From Candidatus Latescibacterota bacterium (GTDB taxonomy: Bacteria > Latescibacterota > UBA2968 > UBA8231): a DNA stretch of 64,000 nucleotides. The notes beneath the pieces are model-generated. The model was not told where the DNA came from. It ran no database searches and was given only the letters and a program-made list of their open reading frames with translations. Every line of letters begins with the position of its first letter. Position 1 is the stretch's first letter. Made by a program: the position numbers and the translations under genes. This document shows, one piece after another, positions 18,429 through 27,656 of this stretch. The stretch is from NCBI GenBank assembly GCA_965221775.1, contig CBDCSU010000005.1, positions 128,001-192,000 on the forward strand, in the 5' to 3' direction.

Positions 18429-19886
18429 TCACCCCCCGAACAGCTTCGGAAGCTGGTTGCTCAAAGTGACGATGGTGAAATAGCCGAAGAACGCGCTGGC
18501 CCACACCATCGCCAGGAAGCGCACGACGGGAGTGCGCAAGGTCCCGCCCAGGACGCGGCTGTTCATCCACAACAGCAGCAGCGAGTAGATCAGCATGACG
18601 CCGCCGTTCAGAGCGGCGCTGAGGACGAGCAGCACCAGCGGCTGCGCCAGGCCGGGCACGACCAGCCCCGCCAGCAGGATGGCGCACCCGAGCAGGATCT
18701 GGCCCCACAGGAGCAGGAAGTAGAGGCGGCTGTCGGTCCAGACCTCGCTGTCGCGCAGCCAGTTGACCTTGATGATGTCCGTCGAGATGCGGGCGCAGGC
18801 GTCGAGGAGCCCCAGCTCCGTCGTCAGCAGGATGGCGATCCCCATCCAGTGGAAAGCGTGCTGCATCCACGGCCCGTAGCGGTCGCCGATGAACCGCCCC
18901 TCGGCGCGGATGAAGCCGAAGCCCTTCTCCAGCCCGGGGGTCCCCTGGGTAGTGGCGTAGGCGATGAGGGAGAGCATCATCAGGGAGAGCACCGACAGCA
19001 GGTAGAAGTTGAGCAGGTGCTCGCGGTTGGCGGCGCCCCACCAGTCCTTCCACCGGCGCAGGTTGTCGGCGCCGTGCTCGAAGTGGGCGCCGATGCCGGC
19101 CACCGCCTCGGCGCGCCCCGTGAGGGGACTCGTCAGGCGGCCGGCGAAGCGCCCCATGGCATAGCCCTTCTCGCGCACGTAGTTGCTCTGGGCGAGGTTC
19201 ATCGTGCCGCCGGCGCCGGCGAAGGCCAGGGCTCCGAGGAGCAGGGGCAGCTCCATGCCCTCGGGGATGTGACCCACGTTGGCGATGCCGCGCGCCATTT
19301 CCCCCACGTGCACCAGATCGACCACGAGGAAGGCGAGGATCAGCATGAACAGGAAGATGAACGCCACCAGGATCTTCTGAAGCCTCTCCACCGTGTTGTA
19401 GACCACGGGCCCGAGGGTCAGTGCGGCACCGATGGCCAGCAGGCTGAGGATCGAGATCAGGGTGCGCGCCTGCGCGCCTCCGCCGATCTCCCAGGTGAGC
19501 ATGGTCGCCGCTCCCGCCGCCCACCCCGGCCACATCCAGGGGATGACGTTGCATACGAGGAAGACGGCGGCCCAGCCCTTCCACAGGCGGCAGAATCCGG
19601 TGATCGCCGACTCGCCCGTGGCCAGGGTCCAGCGCTCGATCTCCATGTTGATGAAGTACTGGGTGGTGACCCCCACCATGCACGCCCAGAAGGCGACGAA
19701 GCCGAAGCGGTAGGTGATGTAGGGCCAGAGGACGAACTCGCCGCTGCCGAGGGAGAGTCCGAGCAACAGGACGCTGGGGCCGAGGAGCCTGCGCCACGAC
19801 GGCGCTTCGGGCAGATCCTGGTAACGAGCCGGAGGCAGCCGGTCGCTGGGGATGACCTCGTGGGGGACGGGCCGGGACCCGCTCAC
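18429..19886 (-). CDS. Nramp-like (APC-fold) membrane transporter
   Basis: LGPSVLLLGLSLGSGEFVLWP, EIERWTLATGES, AFAGAGG; about 11 hydrophobic segments; GTGA overlap with the upstream gene. Confidence 0.75.
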   Translation of the reverse strand: MSGSRPVPHEVIPSDRLPPARYQDLPEAPSWRRLLGPSVLLLGLSLGSGEFVLWPYITYRFGFVAFWACMVGVTTQYFINMEIERWTLATGESAITGFCRLWKGWAAVFLVCNVIPWMWPGWAAGAATMLTWEIGGGAQARTLISILSLLAIGAALTLGPVVYNTVERLQKILVAFIFLFMLILAFLVVDLVHVGEMARGIANVGHIPEGMELPLLLGALAFAGAGGTMNLAQSNYVREKGYAMGRFAGRLTSPLTGRAEAVAGIGAHFEHGADNLRRWKDWWGAANREHLLNFYLLSVLSLMMLSLIAYATTQGTPGLEKGFGFIRAEGRFIGDRYGPWMQHAFHWMGIAILLTTELGLLDACARISTDIIKVNWLRDSEVWTDSRLYFLLLWGQILLGCAILLAGLVVPGLAQPLVLLVLSAALNGGVMLIYSLLLLWMNSRVLGGTLRTPVVRFLAMVWASAFFGYFTIVTLSNQLPKLFGG

Positions 19887-20980
19887 CGGCGGCGGCTCTC
19901 CCGGAAGGCGACCAGCGGATGCTCGCGGTTGGCCATGGGCATGGGCACCCGGGCGCCGGTGATCTGCGACTCGTAGGCCCCCAGGATCATCTCCAGGGCG
20001 GCCACGGCGCCGGCGGCGCTCGACAACGGCTCGCGGTCCTCCTCGGCGGCCTCGATCAGGTCGGCGATGGCGCGCTGGTTGCCCGAGGGCAGCTCGTCCT
20101 CGGGCAGTCCCTCCAGCGGCTGCCAGCCCTGTCCGGCGTCGGCGGGCAGGAAGACCGGATGGGGGTAGATCACCAGCTCCGAGCCGGCCCCGCCCCGCAG
20201 CGAGATCACGCCCTCGCTGCCGACGATCTCCATGCCGTAGCGCTTGTTCGAGCCGACCTGGTCCTTGCGCGAGTCGAAGAACCCGGCCACCCCCGACTCG
20301 AAGGCGAAGTACGAGTTCACGCAGTCGCCGGCCACCGGCCCCACGGGCTCGCCCGCCTCGCGCACGTCTTCCGGCGTGAGCTCCCGGCCTTCCACCGTGA
20401 CCTGCGCCGACATCCAGCCCACGTCGCCGACGAAGTACCGCATCATGTTGAACAGGTGCGTCCCCAGGACGATCATGTCCTCGCCGCCGCCGCGGCGGTC
20501 CTGCTTGCCGTGGGCGTAGATCGCCTGCACCTCGCCGATGCGGCCCTCCCGCAGGATCCCCCGCAGCTGCTGGATGCGGGGCAGGTAGACGGCCTGGTGG
20601 GCGACGGCGACCTTGAGGCCCGCCTCCCGGGCCTTGCCGACGATGGCGTCGCCCTCGGCCAGGTTCCACGTCATCGGCTTCTCGCAGTAGACGTGGGCGC
20701 CCGCCTCCAGGCAGGCGGTGACCATCTCCAGGTGGCAGTCGGTCCACCGCGGGCATACGCTGACGAGGTCCGGGGACTGCTCCTGCAGCATCCTCCCGTA
20801 GTCCGCGTAGGACGCGCCGGCGCCTGTCTCCGCCTGCGCCTTCGCACGGCCCTCCTCGTCGGGGTCGGCCACGGCCACGAAGTCGACGGCCGGATGGTCC
20901 CTGTAGGCCAGGTGCAGGCCATGACCGTAGTTGCCCTGGCCGGTGCGGCCGATGGCGGCCGCTCGATAGCGTCGATTCAC
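19883..20980 (-). CDS. Gfo/Idh/MocA-family oxidoreductase
   Basis: AVADPD, GAHVYCEKPM, GRIGEV, LGTHLFN; GTG start after an AAGGAGG RBS. Confidence 0.9.
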   Translation of the reverse strand: MNRRYRAAAIGRTGQGNYGHGLHLAYRDHPAVDFVAVADPDEEGRAKAQAETGAGASYADYGRMLQEQSPDLVSVCPRWTDCHLEMVTACLEAGAHVYCEKPMTWNLAEGDAIVGKAREAGLKVAVAHQAVYLPRIQQLRGILREGRIGEVQAIYAHGKQDRRGGGEDMIVLGTHLFNMMRYFVGDVGWMSAQVTVEGRELTPEDVREAGEPVGPVAGDCVNSYFAFESGVAGFFDSRKDQVGSNKRYGMEIVGSEGVISLRGGAGSELVIYPHPVFLPADAGQGWQPLEGLPEDELPSGNQRAIADLIEAAEEDREPLSSAAGAVAALEMILGAYESQITGARVPMPMANREHPLVAFRESRRR

Positions 20981-21042
20981 CAGATCCCTCCTTTGGATTC
21001 CGGACCGTCGGACATAAGCGTCCAACGGTAGTGCCAGGCGCC

Positions 21043-21071
21043 TTGACCCGCCAAGAGGCTCCCGCCATCTT
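21043..21071 (+). promoter_or_regulatory. sigma70-like promoter, probably giving a leaderless transcript
   Basis: TTGACC (21043-21048), 17 nt, CATCTT (21066-21071), then 6 nt to GTG 21078. Confidence 0.5.
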
Positions 21072-21077
21072 GCCCGC

Positions 21078-21818
21078 GTGAGACTGAGCGTCCTCCAGGC
21101 CTACGAACGGCTCCTCCGGCACTACGGCCCCCAGGGATGGTGGCCGACCACGGCGCGCGGAGGTCTCCGCCCCCTGTACCGTCCCGGCACGGCCGGCGCC
21201 GTTCCCGCGCCGCGGCAGCAGTGGGAGATCGCCGTCGGCGCCATCCTGACGCAGAACACGACCTGGCGGAACGCTTCGGCCGCCCTGTCGGCCCTGGTCC
21301 GGAAGCGGGTCCTGAGCATCCGGCGCATGGCCGCCCTGCCCCGGCCGACCCTGGCGGCCACCATCCGCAGCGCCGGCTACTTCAACCAGAAGGCGCGCAA
21401 CCTGCAGGAGCTGGCGGCCCACCTCGCGGCCGTGAGCGGCGGGCGCATCGCCCCCTTCCTCTCGCGGCCTCCCGACGAGCTGCGCGGCGAGTTGCTCTCC
21501 CGGCGTGGCGTCGGCCCCGAGACGGCGGACAGCATCCTGCTCTACGCCGCCGGCCTTCCCTTCTTCGTCATCGACGCGTACACCCGCCGCATCGGCGCGC
21601 GCCTGGCATGGGTGCCGGAGGGGATCGCCTACCACCCGCTGCAGGAGCACCTCCAGTCGCGCCTGCCGCGGGACCCCGCCCTCTACAACGAGTACCACGC
21701 CCTGCTCGTGCGCCACGCCGTCACCCACTGCAGGGCCCGCCCCCTGTGCGAGGGCTGCTGCCTCCGGGACGCCTGCCCGGCCGGCGACGCCTTCGCTTCA
21801 TCCGGAGAGATATCGTGA
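21078..21818 (+). CDS. Endonuclease III-related HhH-GPD DNA glycosylase
   Basis: YGPQGWWP, GAILTQNTTWRN, GVGPETADSILLYA, FVIDAYTRRI, C-terminal CxxxPxCxxCxxxxxC Fe-S motif. Confidence 0.9.
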   Translation: MRLSVLQAYERLLRHYGPQGWWPTTARGGLRPLYRPGTAGAVPAPRQQWEIAVGAILTQNTTWRNASAALSALVRKRVLSIRRMAALPRPTLAATIRSAGYFNQKARNLQELAAHLAAVSGGRIAPFLSRPPDELRGELLSRRGVGPETADSILLYAAGLPFFVIDAYTRRIGARLAWVPEGIAYHPLQEHLQSRLPRDPALYNEYHALLVRHAVTHCRARPLCEGCCLRDACPAGDAFASSGEIS

Positions 21819-22765
21819 CCGCCCTGGACTGCCTCGGTGGAGAGCGCCCCCTGGCGACGGAGGAGTTCGCCCGCCGCGCCCACGCCTACGTCCTGAACCC
21901 GAACCGCAACCCGGTGAAGGAGGTCCTCGACAGGTACGGGTCGGTGGAGGAGACGCCGCCCCTGCTCGGGATCTTCAACGACGTCCCCTGGTACCAGGTC
22001 CGCGACGACGAGGTGCACGCCTGGGCGAAGGCCGGACTCTCATGGGTCGTCAACGACGCCGAGCACCTGCAGCGGGAGGGCTGGTACGGACGCCAGCAGA
22101 ACGCCATGGAGGGGCGGGTGGGACTGCTCCAGGTGCAGCGTCTCCACCGCGAGGCCTTCAGCGCCCACGGCGACGTCTTCCAGCTGGGGGCGCGGGCGAC
22201 GATGAAGCCGTACGGGACCACCCTCGAGGAGGCGGAGAGGTTCTTCCGCGCGGTGAACTTCCCCACGCCGGGCCAGGCCACCCGCGACGACCGCGGCGGC
22301 TATCCGGTCCGCTACGGCGACCGCAAGTTCGCCTTCACTCCCGATTCACTGCGGGGACAGGAGACCGAGACCCAGGGGTGGATCCAGTTCGAGACGGCCG
22401 AGTACATCGTCGACCGCGAGGTTCGCGACGGGGTCCTCGACCTGATGCAGGCCCAGGGCCCGAACAAGGCCTGCGGCTTTGTCGGCCCCTTCGACGCCAT
22501 CCTGCGCCAGGGCGAGATCCCGGAGATCGAGGAGGCGATCGACGCCCTCTTCCGCGCGGCCTCCCGGCGGGGCCTTCACATGGGCCGCGTCGTGGGCTCC
22601 GGGTCCATGGAGGATCCCGGCGAGATCGAGGACAACATCGTCCGCGCCATGGAGAACGGCGCCCGGCTGATCTGCGTTCACCCCTTCACCAGCGACCTGG
22701 TCTTCCGCGGAGCGATGAACGTGACCGAGCCGTTCTTCAAAGCCGCCGAGCGGTGCGGCTTCTGA
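21815..22765 (+). CDS. Divergent HpcH/HpaI aldolase-like protein
   Basis: WVVNDAEH, WIQFET and FVGPFD echo the DxEH, QIET and FIGPxD motifs of class II pyruvate aldolases; GTGA overlap with the upstream gene. Confidence 0.6.
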   Translation: MTALDCLGGERPLATEEFARRAHAYVLNPNRNPVKEVLDRYGSVEETPPLLGIFNDVPWYQVRDDEVHAWAKAGLSWVVNDAEHLQREGWYGRQQNAMEGRVGLLQVQRLHREAFSAHGDVFQLGARATMKPYGTTLEEAERFFRAVNFPTPGQATRDDRGGYPVRYGDRKFAFTPDSLRGQETETQGWIQFETAEYIVDREVRDGVLDLMQAQGPNKACGFVGPFDAILRQGEIPEIEEAIDALFRAASRRGLHMGRVVGSGSMEDPGEIEDNIVRAMENGARLICVHPFTSDLVFRGAMNVTEPFFKAAERCGF

Positions 22766-22773
22766 TCCTCCGA

Positions 22774-22802
22774 TTGCGCCCCCCGGGGATCCTCCGTATG
22801 TT
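22774..22802 (+). promoter_or_regulatory. sigma70-like promoter facing an apparently non-coding region
   Basis: TTGCGC (22774-22779), 17 nt, TATGTT (22797-22802); the same -35 occurs in TTGCGC-16-TATCTT at 24831-24858. Confidence 0.4.
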
Positions 22803-23117
22803 CGGCGGGCCCCCCGAAGTGCAGCACCACGTTCCCTCGCAACCCCCCTCCCTCTGACAACGACGGACGAGCCGCCTGCCGCTCAGGCGCCTCCGTCGAT
22901 CCCCCTCCTCGGTCCCGGCTGCCGGACCGCTTCCGCGGACGATCCGACAGCATCACGAGGCCCTCTGCTGGCGGCTTCAAGGCGAGGAGATCGGGTCCCA
23001 CCGGACATCGACCGGCCCAGCCTGCCGACATCACCGGAACTCCGAGTCCAGGAGATCGGTCCCGGCCGGCGGGCGCGGATCGTCAAGAGCTCACCGCGGT
23101 CTCCCCGACCGGAACGG

Positions 23118-23150
23118 AGAGGGCCTGGCGCGACGGCGCCGGGCCCTCTT
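23118..23150. terminator. Strong hairpin between convergent genes
   Basis: AGAGGGCCTGGCGC-gacg-GCGCCGGGCCCTCT, 14-bp stem with one GU pair; only a short T tail. Confidence 0.55.
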
Positions 23151-23165
23151 CGCGTACCCACCGTC

Positions 23166-24449
23166 CTACCGGGAGACGAACTTCGGGCGGCCGAACCCGT
23201 CGTTGACCACCAGGCTGCGCGCGGGGATGTCGGCGTGGTCGGGGATGGCGAGATCGCTCTCGAGCCGGTTCTCGAGGATCGTCCCGTCGCCGATGGTCAC
23301 GTCGGACCCCAGCAGGATCCTCCCCGGCATGGCCTCTCCCGCCCGCACCGTGCCGATGACGACGGAGGCGTTGACCCGGCACCGGGGGCCGGTCTCCACG
23401 AGACCGTAGATCTCCACGCTCGGCCCGATGACCGAGTGGTCTCCCACCCGCACCGGGCCGAAGAGGTCGGCGTCGGTGCCGATGAAGACGAAGTCCCCGA
23501 TCTCCGGGTGGCGCCGGTAGAGGCGCCGGGTCAGGCCGCCCAGGGTGCAGGGATAGAAGTGGCATCCGGAACCGATGACGCCCGTCTGGCCCGTGGTCAG
23601 GCCCCGGTGCGGATGGTCCAGGAAGTTGGCGTCCCCGATGCGGGTCTCGGGATGGATGTCGGCCTGGTAGTACCGCCCCCCCAGCTCCGAGATGGCCCGC
23701 GGCAGCAGGGGCACGGGATCCCGGTGCAGGCGCGGCTCTCCGTCGAGAGGGCCGCTGCGGGTCAGGGCATGGGCCACGTCGTGGTAGAACAGGACCCGCC
23801 ATCCCGGGTAGGTGCTGGTGACCAGCTGCATCTGGTACCCGAAGACGCCTTCACCCGGGAGGCCGTCGAGGAACTCCTGGTAGCAGGCCTGGTCGCGCTC
23901 GGCGATGGCGGTGTCGAGGTGGGCCGCGAAATCCAGTTCCGCCAGGTCCGCCTCGCCCAGACCGCAGGCCCGGCGCAGGTAGGCGTCCCAGACGGCCGGG
24001 TCCTTCAGGGAGGCGAAGCGGTTCCACTGGGCCCGCTGCTTGAGCTCCACGAGCTCCCACAGGACCGAGTAGGCCGCCGCCAGGGCCCGGTCCTCCAGGT
24101 CCTCGCCGGCGCCCACGGCCAGGTGGGACTGGGCCACCATGGCGTACAGCTGATCGGCCACCTCGGCGATGGAAGCGCTGAAGTCGCCCACCGGATGCCC
24201 GGCTTCCAGGGCGTTGTGCGAGCCGGGAGCGACGCACTCCAGCAGGTTGCCGAGGACCGTCTCCAGGATGTCGCGGTTCACGAAGCCCCGGCCCGACCGC
24301 TGGGACAGGATGGCGGGGTTGACGCGATCGATGCGCAGGGCTGCCAGCTCCTCGGCGGAATAGCAGGCCCGCAGGCGCTCGAGGATCCTCCCCAGCAGCT
24401 CGCGCTTGCGCTTTTCGTAGCGCTGGTCGAAGAGGGTGGCCGTGCTCAT
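23166..24449 (-). CDS. Serine O-acetyltransferase-like left-handed beta-helix acyltransferase with long N-terminal helical region
   Basis: PLLPRAISE, ADIHPETRIG, FLDH, TLGG, RRHPEIGD and hexapeptide repeats; start ATG 24449. Confidence 0.7.
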   Translation of the reverse strand: MSTATLFDQRYEKRKRELLGRILERLRACYSAEELAALRIDRVNPAILSQRSGRGFVNRDILETVLGNLLECVAPGSHNALEAGHPVGDFSASIAEVADQLYAMVAQSHLAVGAGEDLEDRALAAAYSVLWELVELKQRAQWNRFASLKDPAVWDAYLRRACGLGEADLAELDFAAHLDTAIAERDQACYQEFLDGLPGEGVFGYQMQLVTSTYPGWRVLFYHDVAHALTRSGPLDGEPRLHRDPVPLLPRAISELGGRYYQADIHPETRIGDANFLDHPHRGLTTGQTGVIGSGCHFYPCTLGGLTRRLYRRHPEIGDFVFIGTDADLFGPVRVGDHSVIGPSVEIYGLVETGPRCRVNASVVIGTVRAGEAMPGRILLGSDVTIGDGTILENRLESDLAIPDHADIPARSLVVNDGFGRPKFVSR

Positions 24450-24472
24450 GGGGCGAGTCCCGCGCCGGGGCC

Positions 24473-24781
24473 TCAGTCCATGTGGAACGCTTCCTCGAGG
24501 GGTGTGATGACCGGCGAGCTGTCCGGATTGCACTCCATGAGAGGCTCCATGTAGCGCCACCACTCCCGCATCAGCTCCTCCCGGGGCAATCCCTCCAGGG
24601 CCTCCGGATCGTCGATCTCGAGGCAGGCGAAGAGCGTCGTCCCGTCGCGGAAGATGGTGTAGTTGCGGATCCCCGTGTCCCGCAGCAGCCGGGCCAGGTC
24701 GGGCCAGACCTCGTCGTGGCGTCGTTTGTACTCCTCCTCGTTCCCCGCCTTGAGCTGCATCCTGAACCCCACACGAGCCAT
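24473..24781 (-). CDS. rhaM: L-rhamnose mutarotase
   Basis: EEEYKRRHDEVWPDL, GIRNYTIF, MREWWRYM, NPDSSP..PLEEAFHMD. Confidence 0.9.
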   Translation of the reverse strand: MARVGFRMQLKAGNEEEYKRRHDEVWPDLARLLRDTGIRNYTIFRDGTTLFACLEIDDPEALEGLPREELMREWWRYMEPLMECNPDSSPVITPLEEAFHMD

Positions 24782-24909
24782 GAACACGCCTCCCTCGATC
24801 GGTGGATCGGCCCTGCGCAAGGGTACTCCGTTGCGCCCTCCCCGGCAATCTCTATCTTGTGGTTTTTTCACGGACTTGAGTGCGTTTTCCCCATCGCCGG
24901 AAGGTCGGC

Positions 24910-25698
24910 ATGCACCCCTTCGAGGACCTCCAGGTACCCCGGGACGGAATCGGTCTCCACTGGTTCGGCCAGAGCAGCTTCGGCCTGCGCCATCCCGACG
25001 GCAGCATCCTGCAGACCGACCCGTACTATCCCCGGCACCGCCCGGCCGAACAGTTCGTCCACGCCCGGCCGCCCCTGATGGAGGAGTCCCTGCGGACCGA
25101 CTGGGTCCTGCTGACCCACGACCACGGGGACCACACCTGCATGGAGAGCATCGACCGCATCCGCGGCGCCTTCCCCGAGGTCCGCTTCGCCGGCCCCCCG
25201 GAGAGCTGCGAACGACTGGGCCGGGGAGGCGTCTCCCCCGACCGGATCACGGAACTGACCGCCGGGGTCTCCGCCGACCTCGGGCCCTTCATCGCCCACG
25301 CCGTTTGGGCCAAGCCGCCCGGTGGCGATCCGGCCGCCGGCATCGAGCCCCCCGACGTGCAGCACCTCGGCTACGTGGTCGACGCCGGCGCCATGCGCCT
25401 CTATCTGTCGGGTGATCCGATCAACAACCTCGCCGACAACGAGGAGCTCCTGGCCCCGATCCGGGAGCTGGAGCCCCACGTCGGCCTGATGACCACCCAC
25501 CCGACGGAGGGCGAGTTCCCCTTCTTCGAGGGCTGCGCCCGCGTCGCCGGCGCCCTCGGTCTGGGCGTCGCCGTGCCCGCCCACTACGGCTGCTTCGTCT
25601 CCCGCGACTACGACCCGCACGAATGGGCCGGCCACCTGCCCGACGGCATCGACCCCCTGATCATCCCCTACAACCAGAGTTGCGTCCTCAGCCTATGA
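24910..25698 (+). CDS. MBL-fold metallo-hydrolase (UlaG-like)
   Basis: HWFGQSSF, TDPY, THDHGDH, LYLSGD, VPAHYG; upstream TTGCGC-16-TATCTT promoter. Confidence 0.88.
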   Translation: MHPFEDLQVPRDGIGLHWFGQSSFGLRHPDGSILQTDPYYPRHRPAEQFVHARPPLMEESLRTDWVLLTHDHGDHTCMESIDRIRGAFPEVRFAGPPESCERLGRGGVSPDRITELTAGVSADLGPFIAHAVWAKPPGGDPAAGIEPPDVQHLGYVVDAGAMRLYLSGDPINNLADNEELLAPIRELEPHVGLMTTHPTEGEFPFFEGCARVAGALGLGVAVPAHYGCFVSRDYDPHEWAGHLPDGIDPLIIPYNQSCVLSL

Positions 25699-25734
25699 CC
25701 CTCGCGGCGAGGGACCCGGGCTGCGACCGACCGT

Positions 25735-26646
25735 CTAACCGCCGGCCGACCACAGCGCCCGCAGGCGGGGCAGCAGGACCTCCGTCTCCCGGTCGTGCAC
25801 CTCTCCCTGCCAGCGGTCGTTGATCTCGGGGATGCTGCGCTCCCTGGAGGCCTCCAGCACCTCTGGCAGGTCCAGCTGGTGCCAGATGGCGGTGAGCAGG
25901 CCGTCCTCGCGCAGGTGGATCTCGCGGAAGCCCAGGGGAAAGCCGATGAGGCAGGCCGTGTCGACGATCAGGAAGTCCCGGTACATGCGGATGCGGTTCA
26001 GGTGCCGGTGGCCGGTGAAGACGGCGACCACCGCCGGCTGCCTGGAGACCGTCTCGATGAGCCGCTCCGCTTCCTTGACGAGGCCTTGATTCGGGTCTAC
26101 CGGAGGAGCGAAGCCGGGGAGCACCCACGGGTGAAGGACCAGGATGAGGGCGCAGCCGTCGGCCAGCGCCGCACGGCCGGCGGCGGCCAGCGCCGTGTCG
26201 TGGTCCTCGGTCCACTCACCCGGGCCCACCATCATGGGGCTCTCCTGGTAGATGTTGGCCAGGGCCAGCCGCAGCCCCGGGGCGGCGTCGACGACATCGA
26301 GCAGCTCGGGGAGATGGATCTGCTCGGCCAGGGGGGCGAAGGTGCCGGTGCCGGCATCGCAGTCGTGGTTCCCCGGGACGCAGTACAGGGGCGCCCGGAG
26401 CCTCTCGAAGGCGGCTGCCACGTCGTCGACCGACTGCAGGTACAGCTCCCACGGCAGCTCGAAGGCCGATCCGCCGCAGAGCAGGTCGCCCCCGTGAACG
26501 ATGAACTCGGGCCGCGAGGCGTTGATCTGCTCCACCATCGCCTCGAGGACGTCCCTCCCCTTGGTGAGCATCTTCGGCGGTCCGAAGTCCTTCTCCGGCC
26601 GGGGGTGGTAGTGGCTGTCGGTGACGAATACGAAACGAACGGTCAT
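25735..26646 (-). CDS. Calcineurin-like metallophosphoesterase
   Basis: TDSH, GGDL, PGNHD, HP, TGHRH motifs. Confidence 0.88.
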   Translation of the reverse strand: MTVRFVFVTDSHYHPRPEKDFGPPKMLTKGRDVLEAMVEQINASRPEFIVHGGDLLCGGSAFELPWELYLQSVDDVAAAFERLRAPLYCVPGNHDCDAGTGTFAPLAEQIHLPELLDVVDAAPGLRLALANIYQESPMMVGPGEWTEDHDTALAAAGRAALADGCALILVLHPWVLPGFAPPVDPNQGLVKEAERLIETVSRQPAVVAVFTGHRHLNRIRMYRDFLIVDTACLIGFPLGFREIHLREDGLLTAIWHQLDLPEVLEASRERSIPEINDRWQGEVHDRETEVLLPRLRALWSAGG

Positions 26647-26722
26647 GCCCTCTCCTCCTTGCGGACCGGTTCCGAGGGGAGCTCCGACCGGGGGCGGCTT
26701 GCGCAAGCCCTCTCCCGGGGGC

Positions 26723-27562
26723 TCACCACGGACGGAACTCGGCCATGCGCCCGAAGCCTGCGAAACCGGGCGCGCCCACGTACTGCACCGCGGTCCGGCT
26801 GAGGCTGTCGGCGTGGGGGATGTGGATGTGGCCGCAGAAGGCGGCCACCAGGTTCTCCGCCCCGGCCAGGGTCTCGACGAAGGCGTCCGTCGCCAGGGGG
26901 TCCCACCACTCCACCTCCGGGTGCCACTCGGGATCGGCCATCAGGTTGTGGCCCACCGAGGCGATGGAGGCATCACGGAGGGTGGGCAGGCTGATGGGGA
27001 TGTGGTAGAGCAGCACCGTGGGCCGCTGCTTGCCGAGGCATTCCCGGACGAAGGCGAGCTGCTCCTCGTCGACCCGGAAGGTGGAGTTGTCGACGCAGAC
27101 GAACTCGATCCCTCCCACCTCGCGGCTGCAGTGCGAAGGACTCCCCTTGTGCAGCGGCTCGAGTCGGTCCCACCAGGCCTCGCGCAACAGGCCGTCCTCG
27201 TTCTCCACGCCCGGCAGGAGCCAGTCGTGGTTGCCGGAGGTGAAGAGCCAGGGGGTCTCGATCCCGCGGAGCACTCCGGTCACGAACTCGATGCTGGAGG
27301 GGGTGGGGAAATTGATGATGTCCCCCGTGAGGGCGATGAGATCGACGTCGCTGGCCGCGACCCGCTCGATGGTCTGGCGGAAGATCACCTCCCTGGCGTG
27401 CGCCATGGTCGAGATGCGGTCCACACGGGCCGGGTTCGGCCCCTTCTCCTGCTCGGGGACGGCCACGTGGGCGTCGGTGCAGTGGTACATGGTCACCGGC
27501 TCCCGGATCCCTTCCAGGCGGATGCGAGCGGTGTCGTCAAGCCAGGTATGGGTCACACGCAA
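26723..27562 (-). CDS. Calcineurin-like metallophosphoesterase
   Basis: TDAH, TGDI, SGNHD, HIP, CGHIH motifs; TTG start at 27562 after AGGAGG. Confidence 0.85.
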   Translation of the reverse strand: MRVTHTWLDDTARIRLEGIREPVTMYHCTDAHVAVPEQEKGPNPARVDRISTMAHAREVIFRQTIERVAASDVDLIALTGDIINFPTPSSIEFVTGVLRGIETPWLFTSGNHDWLLPGVENEDGLLREAWWDRLEPLHKGSPSHCSREVGGIEFVCVDNSTFRVDEEQLAFVRECLGKQRPTVLLYHIPISLPTLRDASIASVGHNLMADPEWHPEVEWWDPLATDAFVETLAGAENLVAAFCGHIHIPHADSLSRTAVQYVGAPGFAGFGRMAEFRPW

Positions 27563-27656
27563 GGGTTTCCTCCTGCTCTCTGAAGGTGGAGTGAGGTGAC
27601 GGCTCCCCGAGCGGGTGCTCTCCGGGTGGAGCGCTCCCACCGGGGCCGGGGCCGCC

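Noticed and set aside
18429-21728. 1099-aa ORF as a transporter fusion
   Set aside because: Only the last 485 aa are the transporter; the rest overlaps the oxidoreductase off-frame and the glycosylase antisense.
22766-23165. tmRNA, RNase P RNA, SRP RNA or tRNA in the long intergenic gap; also minus-strand ORFs 22678-23034 and 22883-23161
   Set aside because: No tRNA-like ends, GAGGAAAGUCC or SRP loop motif seen; the ORFs are low-complexity with no RBS. Kept only as a generic sRNA candidate.
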